Shown here piece after piece: positions 18,705 to 27,965 of a stretch of 32,000 nt of DNA; position 1 is the first letter of the stretch, and the number at the start of each line of letters is the position of its first letter. A program made the translations under genes and the position numbers. Below the pieces are notes generated by a model. It did not search any database, was not told the DNA's origin, and saw only the letters and a program-made list of their open reading frames with translations. Origin of the DNA: Trueperaceae bacterium (GTDB lineage Bacteria > Deinococcota > Deinococci > Deinococcales > Trueperaceae); assembly GCA_965215565.1 (NCBI GenBank), contig CBDCDZ010000004.1, positions 3,655,185 to 3,687,184 on the forward strand, given 5' to 3'.

Positions 18705-19151
18705 TCAAGTAGGAAGCAGGAATTCGTACCGCAACATTTTGCTTATATTCCTATGCGGGTTATCTACGATAAGAACGGTTTCAGCGTTGCGGTAAAAGCT
18801 GCCCCAGAGGAAGTTTGCTGACCCCACTAGAGCGATTTCATCAGTGATCAAACCCTTGCTGTGCAAGTGAGGAACAATGTGGTGTTTATCAGGCGTAAAG
18901 CGCGATAAAAGTGCATTGAGCCTCCGGTCCGGTTCTCTCGTATAGATTGAGGTTCGATGCCCCTGTCCTTGTAGATAAAGTAGCAAGGTGCTCAGTCGTT
19001 GCGGTCCCGATTTATTGACAGGATAAGGTAGCTGTAGGGGTAGATCGTCCATCCAAGGGCTGACAATTGCGATGTCACCCTCGCTACTCAACATAATCTG
19101 AGGAACCAACCACGGCAGCTTCTTAGAGGCTAAGAACACGGTTAGGTGCAC
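18705..19151 (-). CDS. dpdK: Single-HKD phospholipase D-like protein, DpdK-like
   Basis: IAIVSPWMDDL, HLHSKGLITDEIALVGSANFLWGSFYRNAE (HxKx4D motif); sits between DpdA-like and DpdJ-like genes and overlaps the helicase ORF. Confidence 0.72.
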   Translation of the reverse strand: MHLTVFLASKKLPWLVPQIMLSSEGDIAIVSPWMDDLPLQLPYPVNKSGPQRLSTLLLYLQGQGHRTSIYTREPDRRLNALLSRFTPDKHHIVPHLHSKGLITDEIALVGSANFLWGSFYRNAETVLIVDNPHRNISKMLRYEFLLPT

Positions 19152-22100
19152 CGCTCTCGAGAACCATCGGTAAGTTTTTCCCCTCTCTAGCCCTTTCGGA
19201 AAGTTCTTTGTTGCTCATCTCTATTATCAGCCTCGATAGTATTGACTCAGCGAGTAACCTTGAAGGCTCCTCGTCACCGATCTGCTGAGTACCGACACAA
19301 ACGGGGCAGCCATCAGTTTCTAAACAGGTGTATTGGAATGGCTCCCCACTCGCTCGTTGGTTGATCAACCGGGTAAGTTCGTTTGAAACTTCGACGAAAA
19401 TATCCTCTGGTAGCGTACTCTGGGGATCGGGTAGGTTGAGGCGTGCCACCGTACGCGTACGTAATAGTTGGGCGTCTATACCATCGCGCAATGCCTCTTC
19501 AGCTAAACCGACAGGGCATAGCACAACACGTAGCAGTTCTTGGTAAACCTGAAGTGCATCAGCCTCAAGTGCTTTCTGGAAAACTTCGATAAGACCCGCG
19601 CCCCCCTCAAAAACTTCCCACACCGAAACGTTATTGTCGCCGATCGCAGACTCTAAATCTTCACGGTGCACGCCGACGACACTTGCTACTGCCCGATGAA
19701 GCAGCTCTCGAGCGGTGGCAAGTGCCACTCCTCGGAGTTGCTGCGGCTGCGCTCGTCCCTCACTAAGCTCGTTGAGCAAGTCATCGAGCTGCCATCCAAG
19801 TGCTTGCGTGTCTATCGTATACACCATTGGCTCAAGGTAACGGACTTCAAAGCGGTCTGGATCGCCGCTAGCCCTGAAATACTCTGCGTCCGCGTCTCTA
19901 TCGTTTGAGTTACTCTTCAGATAACGATGTGACTCAACGTCAGAACCTAAAACTCTGGTCCTCCCTTGTCCCTCAAATACACGCAGTCGCTCGCTAATAC
20001 ACGTTCCCGTATGATTTTCGAAACGCCTCTCTAAGTAGGGCTGGGCGTAGAGCTTTCGAAATTCAAGTTGCCCGCCACATTCACAAACCCGCTTACTAAG
20101 ACTGTGAACCTTGTAGCATTGCTTACAAAATTTAACGACTTGGCGTCCTTGACGGTCCGTACGGACGCCGCGTAAAGGTACAATCTGAGGACGTACACCC
20201 CCTTCTACACTTAAACCCTCAATGGGTAAACGCACCCTGACCCTGCTTCCGTCAACCCAATCAGGGTGGTGTTCCGTATCGAGGGTTGCCAAAGTCGTGT
20301 CTCCATAATGACGATAAGTCAGTCTATACGGTAAATAAAGACTCGCTAAGTTGGAAACTTGCTCCTCTATGTAGTCAGAGCTGCCGCTAGAGTAACGCTT
20401 TTCGAAACGCAAAGGCTTTACGGTTTGAAAGTAAGATGAGGGTAGGAGAGAGCTGATGGAGACCGGACAGTTGTTCTCTACGCAGGTGTGGCTAGGTTCG
20501 CTTACTGCGTCGACGCCAGCGTGTAAATAGTAAAGCGAACCTAGCGTTACTTTTATGTCTTGTGGAGACGATTGGAAGGACCACCCTTTATTCCAGTGCT
20601 CCTTTAACGTGAAAAAGAAGTTGTGGAGCCGCTCGTAGTCAGAGATGCTTCCTTCGCCTGTTCGTCTTAGGTTATAGAGGTGAGCCCTAAGGTTAGTAAG
20701 CAAGGTCACTACTTCTGCGAGATGCTCGGCACGTTCAGGTTCATCAACGAGAATCTGGCTTACTTGGCTGATAAGACTATTGGTAGTAAGACGCTGTGTC
20801 GGCTGTGCTCCTCCAGCGAGGTAGTTGTCGATCTGCTCTCGGAATGCATCTAAGTCATTCATCAACTCGGTGGGAAAAGCGCTTCGAAGTTGAGTCAAAT
20901 GGCGTCTCAAATCGAGGATAGGTCCGGTTCTCTCTAATTCTCTATCAGCCCAGCCAATCAAAGCATCTTTGAATCCAGAAAGATCGAAGTAGCCTGCAAA
21001 TCTGTCTCTAAAATTGTCAAAGTCTTCCTGATACTTAGCACTCAATGTTGGGCAGGCTTCGAGCTGGTCGAGGATGTAACGTGCTATGGCCTTAGGTGGA
21101 AAACTTTCGTTTTGTTGGTAGTACTTGGCATATTGACTACGGTCCCGCTCCAGTCTCTCGTGTAATTGTTGAATAACCGCATTGTCCGTATTGAGGGGGA
21201 TGTCGAAAACGCCATTTAGTAACCGTTGACGTCTAAAAAGTGCGAAGTTATCCGGAGCGTCGTTACCCAATATAAGGATGCTATGACTTAGATCGCCTTG
21301 CTTTCGTCCAGCGCGTCCGCGCCTCTGAGTAAAACCTGCTAGAGAACGCGGTGGTCTGTATTGGACAACAGCTTTGATCTGTTCATTGTCCACGCCTACC
21401 TCCAGTGTAGGCGAAGCGACAAGAAGATTGGGACTAAGATTTTTACCCGTCTTCGATGTGACTTGAGCTACTGAGAGAGGCTCTTCACTAACTACTTCTG
21501 CTGGTTCATAGCAATCTTTGCCACCATGTATTCCTCTCCAGCACTCGCCCGCACTATAGATATCGCAGCGCATAGGTTCCTTGCGAGGGCAGGGTTCATT
21601 ATTCCCATTTAACGGGTAAGAAATATCTTCGACTACCGTGCGGAATGCCCAAAGCCCTTGATTGTGTTCAGCGTCTCGAAGCTGATTAAAAAAGCGCCCC
21701 GTCTGATCGAGAGAATCCGCAAAAATGATAACCTTCTCTTGAGGGGTCAAAAAAGCGTGCCCGAGTGCCATAGCGCACTGGATGAGTAAGGAAGACGGAG
21801 CAGGGCTTGACTCATCAGTTGGCGTCTGAAGCGTGACAAACCCTTCTATTCCTCCCAACTCTTGCTCTGCTTCGTAGGCACTTGAAAGAGCCTCGTGTGC
21901 TCGGACTCCCTGGTCACTCCCGTAAAATAATCGGCTCGCGAAACGTATAGGGTCCGAAATGGTTGCGCTGGCAGCAATGAGCGTGAGTTCTTTGCCAACA
22001 AGTTTCTTCAGCCGATTGATGAGCTGATGAACGTGGACGCCGTAAAGCGAATCGTACAGATGCGCCTCGTCGATAACAATTCCGCTGAGTCCTGTAAGGA

Positions 22101-23010
22101 ACGGTTCAAACTCCGGCCGAAGGTAGAAGGAATCGAGCGACTCGGCTGTCGTTACCATTATCGGTGGGTTTGCCTTGATATGCCCTTCACGCGATATTGA
22201 CACCGCAAAAGTTTTTTTGCAATCTGGGCACTCAAGTTCTCGGTAGGGTTGCTCTCCTTTTGGAAGGAGTCGCAATTTGACCTTCGCACCACAGACGGGA
22301 CATTCTTCTAGCGATTGAAATTCTCCTGATTCGAAGAGGGGAGAGCCATCATCGTCATATTGATTATCGACCGTTAATTGGTCAGAACGCTTGACGGAGC
22401 CGAACTGAATTCCTACCGGAATGACATGACCTTGCTGTCGCGCGAAATAGGCTGCGCTCAACACCCGCGCAAGTTGATCCTCAAGCAGGGCGATGCGAGG
22501 ATAGACTAAAATGAAACGCTGGGTGGGGTTCTTCAAAAGACTGTAGATAAGAGGAAGTACGAAAACTTCCGTTTTTCCGGCTCCCGTAGGTGCCGTGATG
22601 ACGAGTCCAGAGCGATTCTCCACTGATCTCAAAACTTCAGCCCAACCGTCGACCTGAAATCTACTAAATTCTGGGTACGGGCTCAGTTTGGCGACAGCTT
22701 CCTGTTCGGTCGTAGGAAAAGTGCTTACGCTGCGAATAGGTCTTGTGCGAGGTATGGCGTCAAAACGGAGGCGTCCAACAAGAACATTGCCGCTTTCGCT
22801 CGCTCCAAAGCGCTGTTTTACCGTCTCCAAAATCCGCAGTAGCTCAAGCGTTCGTGGCACCTTGACACTAGGGGAAAGGGCGACCATATGTGCATCTGTA
22901 CTGATAGCATTAGAACGCCGCGCCACAACCGCCGCATCTGGCGTTGTGTTGTTGCGATTTACTTCTGTGCTAATTCGCTCCAATTCTGCGAGTAGTTCAG
23001 GCAGCATCAA
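19123..23010 (-). CDS. dpdJ: Large SF2 DEAH-box helicase with Cys-rich clusters, DpdJ-like
   Basis: Walker A TAPTGAGKTEVF, IVIDEAHLYD, AASATISDP, QRRGRAGRKQGD; Cys pairs ECPVCGAK/ECPDCKK, FCKQCY/CECGG, GCPVC. Confidence 0.75.
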   Translation of the reverse strand: MMLPELLAELERISTEVNRNNTTPDAAVVARRSNAISTDAHMVALSPSVKVPRTLELLRILETVKQRFGASESGNVLVGRLRFDAIPRTRPIRSVSTFPTTEQEAVAKLSPYPEFSRFQVDGWAEVLRSVENRSGLVITAPTGAGKTEVFVLPLIYSLLKNPTQRFILVYPRIALLEDQLARVLSAAYFARQQGHVIPVGIQFGSVKRSDQLTVDNQYDDDGSPLFESGEFQSLEECPVCGAKVKLRLLPKGEQPYRELECPDCKKTFAVSISREGHIKANPPIMVTTAESLDSFYLRPEFEPFLTGLSGIVIDEAHLYDSLYGVHVHQLINRLKKLVGKELTLIAASATISDPIRFASRLFYGSDQGVRAHEALSSAYEAEQELGGIEGFVTLQTPTDESSPAPSSLLIQCAMALGHAFLTPQEKVIIFADSLDQTGRFFNQLRDAEHNQGLWAFRTVVEDISYPLNGNNEPCPRKEPMRCDIYSAGECWRGIHGGKDCYEPAEVVSEEPLSVAQVTSKTGKNLSPNLLVASPTLEVGVDNEQIKAVVQYRPPRSLAGFTQRRGRAGRKQGDLSHSILILGNDAPDNFALFRRQRLLNGVFDIPLNTDNAVIQQLHERLERDRSQYAKYYQQNESFPPKAIARYILDQLEACPTLSAKYQEDFDNFRDRFAGYFDLSGFKDALIGWADRELERTGPILDLRRHLTQLRSAFPTELMNDLDAFREQIDNYLAGGAQPTQRLTTNSLISQVSQILVDEPERAEHLAEVVTLLTNLRAHLYNLRRTGEGSISDYERLHNFFFTLKEHWNKGWSFQSSPQDIKVTLGSLYYLHAGVDAVSEPSHTCVENNCPVSISSLLPSSYFQTVKPLRFEKRYSSGSSDYIEEQVSNLASLYLPYRLTYRHYGDTTLATLDTEHHPDWVDGSRVRVRLPIEGLSVEGGVRPQIVPLRGVRTDRQGRQVVKFCKQCYKVHSLSKRVCECGGQLEFRKLYAQPYLERRFENHTGTCISERLRVFEGQGRTRVLGSDVESHRYLKSNSNDRDADAEYFRASGDPDRFEVRYLEPMVYTIDTQALGWQLDDLLNELSEGRAQPQQLRGVALATARELLHRAVASVVGVHREDLESAIGDNNVSVWEVFEGGAGLIEVFQKALEADALQVYQELLRVVLCPVGLAEEALRDGIDAQLLRTRTVARLNLPDPQSTLPEDIFVEVSNELTRLINQRASGEPFQYTCLETDGCPVCVGTQQIGDEEPSRLLAESILSRLIIEMSNKELSERAREGKNLPMVLESGAPNRVLSL

Positions 23011-23449
23011 CGTCGACCTCTACTCAACTCTGTATTCAGTTGCTTCGAAGCGGTGCTCACTTCATCGGAAGTCTTTGACATTTTATTGAACTCCTCTAGC
23101 ACTCCAGCGCGTTCGCTCTTTGCGCTCCCCAAGCAGAGATTGTGGAGAAATAGTCTGAGAAAGGTTACTCCACATTCCCTTTTCTATCTGCTAGCTCTTT
23201 CCCCTTCCTTCAGGAACTCATCGGTAAAAATTCACAAGAACTAAATGGAAGCGTAACACGACGTAACGACCTGATGCCATAGTGGATTAAGGGCGTGAGG
23301 AACTTCACAACTACCGTTAGAAATGGCCCTAATCTTCCGCTGAACCAAAGGCATTACGCACAGCATCTTGAGACTAGCTTCTTATATTCGAAATAGGTTA
23401 GCGTTATGAAGCTTACGGCGACTTCAAAGTTTGAGAGAGTGAGATAAGA

Positions 23450-24061
23450 GTGCGAAGAGACGTGTTGATAACGGTTTTAGTAGCCATCTATATCGCTACT
23501 GAGTTAGTTTCGAACGCCACAGCGGGCCGCCTCGTGCAGCTAGGCGCATTTGTCTTCCCTGGAGCGATTTTTCTCTACTCCCTTACCTTTACACTGCGAG
23601 ATGCGGTGCATACAGCGGGCGGTTGGCGCGTCGCCAAAGCGCTCATTTGGGCTGGCTTCATCGCGAACGCTATTCTCGCGCTTTACGGGTTGTCCATTAA
23701 CGCATTTCCTAAACCAGTCTGGTTCGATGACTCAGCTTACCAAGCAGTGTTCGGAACGACGGCAAGGGTAGTCGCCGCTTCTCTGGTTGCTTATCTCGCG
23801 TCCACCTGGCTCGACGCTCTCATCTTTGAACGTTTCAAGCGCTCGATAGTCAACCGCGTGCTTGCCTCAAATGTCGTTTCTACGTCTGTCGATTCTGTCC
23901 TCTTTATTACTATTGCATTCGCCGGCACAGGTGCCCCGCTGCTCAACCTCATTGTCGGACAGATAGTCGTTAAGATGATCGTAAGCACCCTACTCATCCC
24001 TGTCGTATATTGGGTGCGGGACACTTTACGTGAACAAGGGTTGGCGATGGAGGGATACTAG
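23450..24061 (+). CDS. VUT/YhhQ-family queuosine-precursor (preQ0/preQ1) transporter
   Basis: Multi-TM; IATELVSNATAGRLVQLGAFVFPGAIFLYSLTFTLRDAVHTAGG, SVDSVLFITIAFAG, QIVVKMIVSTLLIPVVY. Confidence 0.9.
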   Translation: MRRDVLITVLVAIYIATELVSNATAGRLVQLGAFVFPGAIFLYSLTFTLRDAVHTAGGWRVAKALIWAGFIANAILALYGLSINAFPKPVWFDDSAYQAVFGTTARVVAASLVAYLASTWLDALIFERFKRSIVNRVLASNVVSTSVDSVLFITIAFAGTGAPLLNLIVGQIVVKMIVSTLLIPVVYWVRDTLREQGLAMEGY

Positions 24062-24757
24062 ATGTCAAGAGCAGTCGTTCTACTCTCGGGTGGACTCGAC
24101 TCCGCTACAGCAGCTGCACAGGCTATCGCAGACGGCTATGATCTCATGGCCCTTTCCTTCCGATATGGTCAACGTCACGAACGGGAACTCGAAGCTGCTA
24201 AAGCGGTAGCCGAAGCGCTGCACATTCAAGAGCACTTCGTTAGCGACGTCAACTTGGCACAGTGGGGTGGGTCGTCTCTCACCGATGAAGATATAGACGT
24301 GCCTACAGGAGGGAGCGACGCGAATGCCATCCCCTCGACCTACGTTCCCGGACGCAACACCGTCTTCATTGCGATTGCGCTCTCGCTCGCCGAGGCGAAA
24401 AACGCTGAAGCCATATACCTCGGTATCAACGCCGTGGACTACTCGGGTTATCCTGATTGTCGACCTGAGTACTTAGAAGCGTTCAAAAATCTCGCTGAGC
24501 TTTCGAGCAAAGCAGGACTTGAAGGTAATGCGCCTAGGCTTGTTGCCCCACTCGTTATGGACTCGAAGGCAGACATCGTCAGGCGTGCCCTCAGGCTAGG
24601 TGTGCCCATCGAGAGTACATGGTCCTGCTATCAAGGCATGGAGGAGCCGTGTGGAGTCTGCGATTCCTGTCGTATCCGTGATCAGGCTCTTATTAAAGCA
24701 GGGAAAGCAGACTTAGTCGGCTCCTTCAATTTATCTCGCGCTGTCCCGAGTTGCTAG
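24062..24757 (+). CDS. queC: 7-cyano-7-deazaguanine (preQ0) synthase QueC
   Basis: [18 protein letters not shown] (PP-loop), [47 protein letters not shown]...[14 protein letters not shown] (zinc site). Confidence 0.97.
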   Translation: MSRAVVLLSGGLDSATAAAQAIADGYDLMALSFRYGQRHERELEAAKAVAEALHIQEHFVSDVNLAQWGGSSLTDEDIDVPTGGSDANAIPSTYVPGRNTVFIAIALSLAEAKNAEAIYLGINAVDYSGYPDCRPEYLEAFKNLAELSSKAGLEGNAPRLVAPLVMDSKADIVRRALRLGVPIESTWSCYQGMEEPCGVCDSCRIRDQALIKAGKADLVGSFNLSRAVPSC

Positions 24758-25457
24758 CCCCTGGTTCATTGTCCGCTCCAATAAGGTTCTTATAGCTTTC
24801 GGCAAAAAGTGAAAGCGCAAATATAGTTTCATCAATAACTTCAATTGTCAGGTTGCTTGCTTTCTGAATGGAATCGAATTGAGGTCTCCAACCATTTGCT
24901 TTACTAATAAGTGTAAGTTTAGAAATTAGTTCGGGGTTCATTGTTTCTTTAGTAATTTTCCAGTCATCATGGGGATCATGATCAACTATGTAGCTATATA
25001 ACGGAGTTATTCCCCCACCTCCCGGTCGATCAAAACCGTAGAAGGTATATAGCGATGTTTCCCTGCCTTCAGGTAATGTGTAGAGACAGTTTCGCGCTCT
25101 TTCCTCTAACCATTTAGCCATCCAAGGATTAGAGCCATGTTCGCGCTCACTAGCAACCTTGATCAATTCCCTCAGAATACTTTGGAAGTCTTTGAGGACC
25201 CGCTGAACTAAAGAACAATAATTTAGCAGATGCGTAGCAACGGGGTAGTAGACAGTTTCTTGGATCAAATACCACGCAGCTATGTCTCCTCCCAGAACGC
25301 CATCTTCGTCAACGAACGTTTTAGCATGTCGCTCAATCATCACCGAATACATCTGTTCTAACGCCGACGCACGAGGGTACCAATCTTCATGACCTAGTTC
25401 TCTAATGTCACTAAATACAGAATTATCTGACTCGTCAGGGATCATTTCGTCTCCCAA
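24726..25457 (-). CDS. Uncharacterised 243-aa protein at the edge of the Dpd-like island
   Basis: Well-formed ORF convergent with queC (32-nt overlap); acidic and Trp/Tyr-containing; no motif recognised. Confidence 0.65.
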   Translation of the reverse strand: MGDEMIPDESDNSVFSDIRELGHEDWYPRASALEQMYSVMIERHAKTFVDEDGVLGGDIAAWYLIQETVYYPVATHLLNYCSLVQRVLKDFQSILRELIKVASEREHGSNPWMAKWLEERARNCLYTLPEGRETSLYTFYGFDRPGGGGITPLYSYIVDHDPHDDWKITKETMNPELISKLTLISKANGWRPQFDSIQKASNLTIEVIDETIFALSLFAESYKNLIGADNEPGASNSGQREIN

Positions 25458-25547
25458 TCTAAACGTGAGAACTTAGAGTACAATATCTACAATTACAACA
25501 TTTTCGCATGGTCCAATTGTTTAGGATTTCGAGAAAAGTAATACAAC

Positions 25548-25737
25548 TATGGCAATGACTCACAAGCCACTCCAAACGGTGCGGGTCGCCCGGCCCCGCA
25601 GCTCCGTAGAACGCTTGCGCCTCAGCCTGCGAGGAAAAGTTGCCACAGTCGTGATCCATCCCTTGGGGGTCGCAAGTGAGGCTTGGTGGACTCGAGACCT
25701 CATCAGTAATATTCGGTACGACAGGCTCAAGCTGCAC
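25548..25737 (-). pseudogene. Excalibur-like (calcium-binding) domain remnant
   Basis: DPQGMDHDCGNFSSQAEAQAFYGAAGPGDPHRLE, followed in another frame by F-G-V-A-C-E-S-L-P-stop (25548-25577): the conserved C-terminus is split by a small deletion. Confidence 0.65.
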
Positions 25738-25973
25738 CTGCTGCGTCGGTAGAGCCTCCGCCGATACCTCGTGAATCCCATCCTCCGACGATCACGAACC
25801 CGCTAAGCTCTACGCCCTCTACGCGGCAGCGAAAGCCCTGCGTGACGAGCACGAAGATACTATCTTCGACCTCGTCGCTGAGAAAGAGGTCGGGTTGACG
25901 CTGACCGTCAACTCGAGCCGCTTAGCTTTCACGCTCGCCTACTTGCTCGCAGAAAAGGAATGAGGAGCTAGAC

Positions 25974-26838
25974 TCAGTAGAACGCCTCCGCAAAGAAGAT
26001 GAGCACGTCGTCCAGCGCCTCAGACCAGACCGCCCAGGTGTGTCCGCCGTCGGTGACGCGTAGTTGCGACTCTATCTCCGCTTCTTGGAGCGCAGCGTAG
26101 AACGCGGTGGAGCTCTCGAAGAAGTCGAAGACATCGTCATCACCAACCGTGATGTAGACAGGTAGGGGGTCCTCTGCTGACGCAACCTCAGCGATGAGCA
26201 TGAAGGGGTTGCGTTCCTGCTATAACGTCGAGTTAAAGGGCTCCGAAGGCTCCTGCAAGCAGCTCCTCGCGGCTCAGGCCCGCGTTGTCTTGCGGTGGCA
26301 CACCCTGGAACAGTGCTCCGCTCATCACTCCCACCGCCGCATAGGTATCCGGATGGCTGAACGCCAGGTACGCCGCGCCGTAACCGCCCATCGAGAGCCC
26401 GCCGATGGCGCGGGAGGTGCGCTCGGGAATGGTGCGGTAGGTCGTGTCGATGTGGTCGATCAAGTCTTCAGTGAAGGCCGTCTTAACATCGCCGAACGCC
26501 TCTGAAGGGACGTACCAACTGTTCTCTCCGTCGGGCATCACGATGATGGTTGGTGGGATGAGATTCTCGGCGATGAGCCGACCTGCTGTATGCGCCACGT
26601 CGCCGAAACGCACCCAGTCGGTGTCGCTGCCGCCGTAGCCGTGTAAAAGGTAAACGACGGGGTAGGCGCGGCTGTCACTGTCGTAGCCCTCGGGTAGATA
26701 GAGACTGTAGGTGAGCGTGTCGCCTAAGGCGTTGCTCTCAAAGCTCTGCCCCTCGAGCACCGTCCCTGCTGCCGCTCGGGAAATGAGTAGAAAAGCAATG
26801 AGGACAAAAAGAGTGGTGCGGAAGCCGTGACGTTGCAT
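25974..26838 (-). pseudogene. Secreted esterase (esterase D/feruloyl esterase-like alpha/beta hydrolase), disrupted
   Basis: Signal peptide; LTYSLYLPEGYDSDSRAYPVVYLLHG, DLIDHIDTTYRTIPER, AIGGLSMGGYGA (GxSxG); C-terminal part in another frame, VYITVGDDDVFDF...GGHTWAVW. Frameshift near 26235 plus in-frame TAG at 26220-26222. Confidence 0.87.
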
Positions 26839-27152
26839 AGGTGCTCCTCTCAATATTTTAGGTTGCAGCAGGATACCGCCTCGTCCCCGACACCGCGGCC
26901 AGAGAGGACACCTCGGAGTACTCAGTCCGCCAGCCAAACATAGTCCACGTGGGTTGATTGTGCCAATCCCTTCGACCATAGGTCACGTTCGAACACGAGC
27001 GCTACCTCACCGTGTCGGAGGCGGACCTCGGAAGTAACCTTGACCTAGTCGCGTGGGGTGGCGCGCTACCGCTTGAGCGTCACAACAGAATAATTTCAGA
27101 AAGCTCACCCGAGGTGTATGGAGTTAGGCCAACCCGTACGAAGCTCGGCGGG

Positions 27153-27776
27153 TCACGCCCTCGCCTTAAAGAGCCGCAGCGCGAACTGCATCAGCGGTCC
27201 GATGAAGAGCGCGAAGAGCACCGTTCCTAAGCCGACCGAGCCGCCCAAGAGGAAGCCGGTCACGAGCACGGACAGCTCGAGCAGCGCCCGCACCTTCCGG
27301 ATGCTCAGCTTCAAGGTCTGTGAAAGCCCCAACACCAGCCCGTCCCGAGGTCCCGCGCCGAGCCCCGCCGTGATGTAGAGCCCGCTCGAGAGTCCGACAA
27401 AGACGATGCCGAGTAGACACTGCGCCGTTCCCCAGAGGAAACCGTCGGCTACCGGAAACCATCCTTGTGCCACAAAGAGATCGACCCACAATCCAACTAA
27501 GACCATATTGAGCAGCGTGCCGAGCCCCGGCTTGACCCCCGAGAGGAGATAGCCGAGCACAATAACGAGGAGTCCCGTGAGTTGCATGACCCGCCCGAAC
27601 GAGAGACCCGAGCGTAAGCTGACACCCTCGTGGAAGACAGGCCAAGGACCTAAACCGACGTTCGCGGTGAGAACCAACGCAACGCCTAGAGCTAAACCGA
27701 CGAGTCCGAGGTTGAGTTGCACAAACCGCCGCCAGAAGCGGCTCGAGGCGAGTCTGTTGAGAGGGAGGGTACGCAC
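27153..27776 (-). CDS. YczE/YitT-family integral membrane protein
   Basis: LGLVGLALGVALVLTANVGLGPWPVFHEGVSLRSGLSFG, GLGAGPRDGLVLGLS, GFLLGGSVGLGTVLFALFIGP. Confidence 0.85.
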   Translation of the reverse strand: MRTLPLNRLASSRFWRRFVQLNLGLVGLALGVALVLTANVGLGPWPVFHEGVSLRSGLSFGRVMQLTGLLVIVLGYLLSGVKPGLGTLLNMVLVGLWVDLFVAQGWFPVADGFLWGTAQCLLGIVFVGLSSGLYITAGLGAGPRDGLVLGLSQTLKLSIRKVRALLELSVLVTGFLLGGSVGLGTVLFALFIGPLMQFALRLFKARA

Positions 27777-27965
27777 GGCTGACAGTCTAAACCGTCGGGG
27801 CGCAGCGCGATGTGCCGGAGTAAGTTAGCAGCGACCCAGGGAAAGCCGATGCGTTTCACCCTACAAGGGGTCTCCGGCGTTTGGGGTCTGCTCGAGCCGA
27901 CGTTGCGCTCGCTATCTTTTAGCTCTGCGCCTGCCCCAGTGCTACCCTGAGCCGAGGAGGAAAAC

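Noticed and set aside
17057-18821. Plus-strand ORFs 17057..17272, 17651..17854, 18053..18253, 18127..18387, 18573..18821
   Set aside because: Opposite the DpdA-like gene or spanning its start; no start-site or motif support.
22688-23244. ORFs 22688..23089 and 23053..23244 in the divergent promoter region; also a short minus-strand frame (MSKTSDEVSTASKQLNTELSRGRR*) overlapping the helicase ATG
   Set aside because: The first is antisense to the helicase N-terminus. The others are short and unsupported; the last could be a leader ORF, but evidence is too thin to call.
25459-25781. Plus-strand ORF 25549..25752 and minus ORFs 25459..25737 / 25560..25781 as intact genes
   Set aside because: The only recognisable signal is the frameshifted Excalibur-like remnant; no complete protein is supported.
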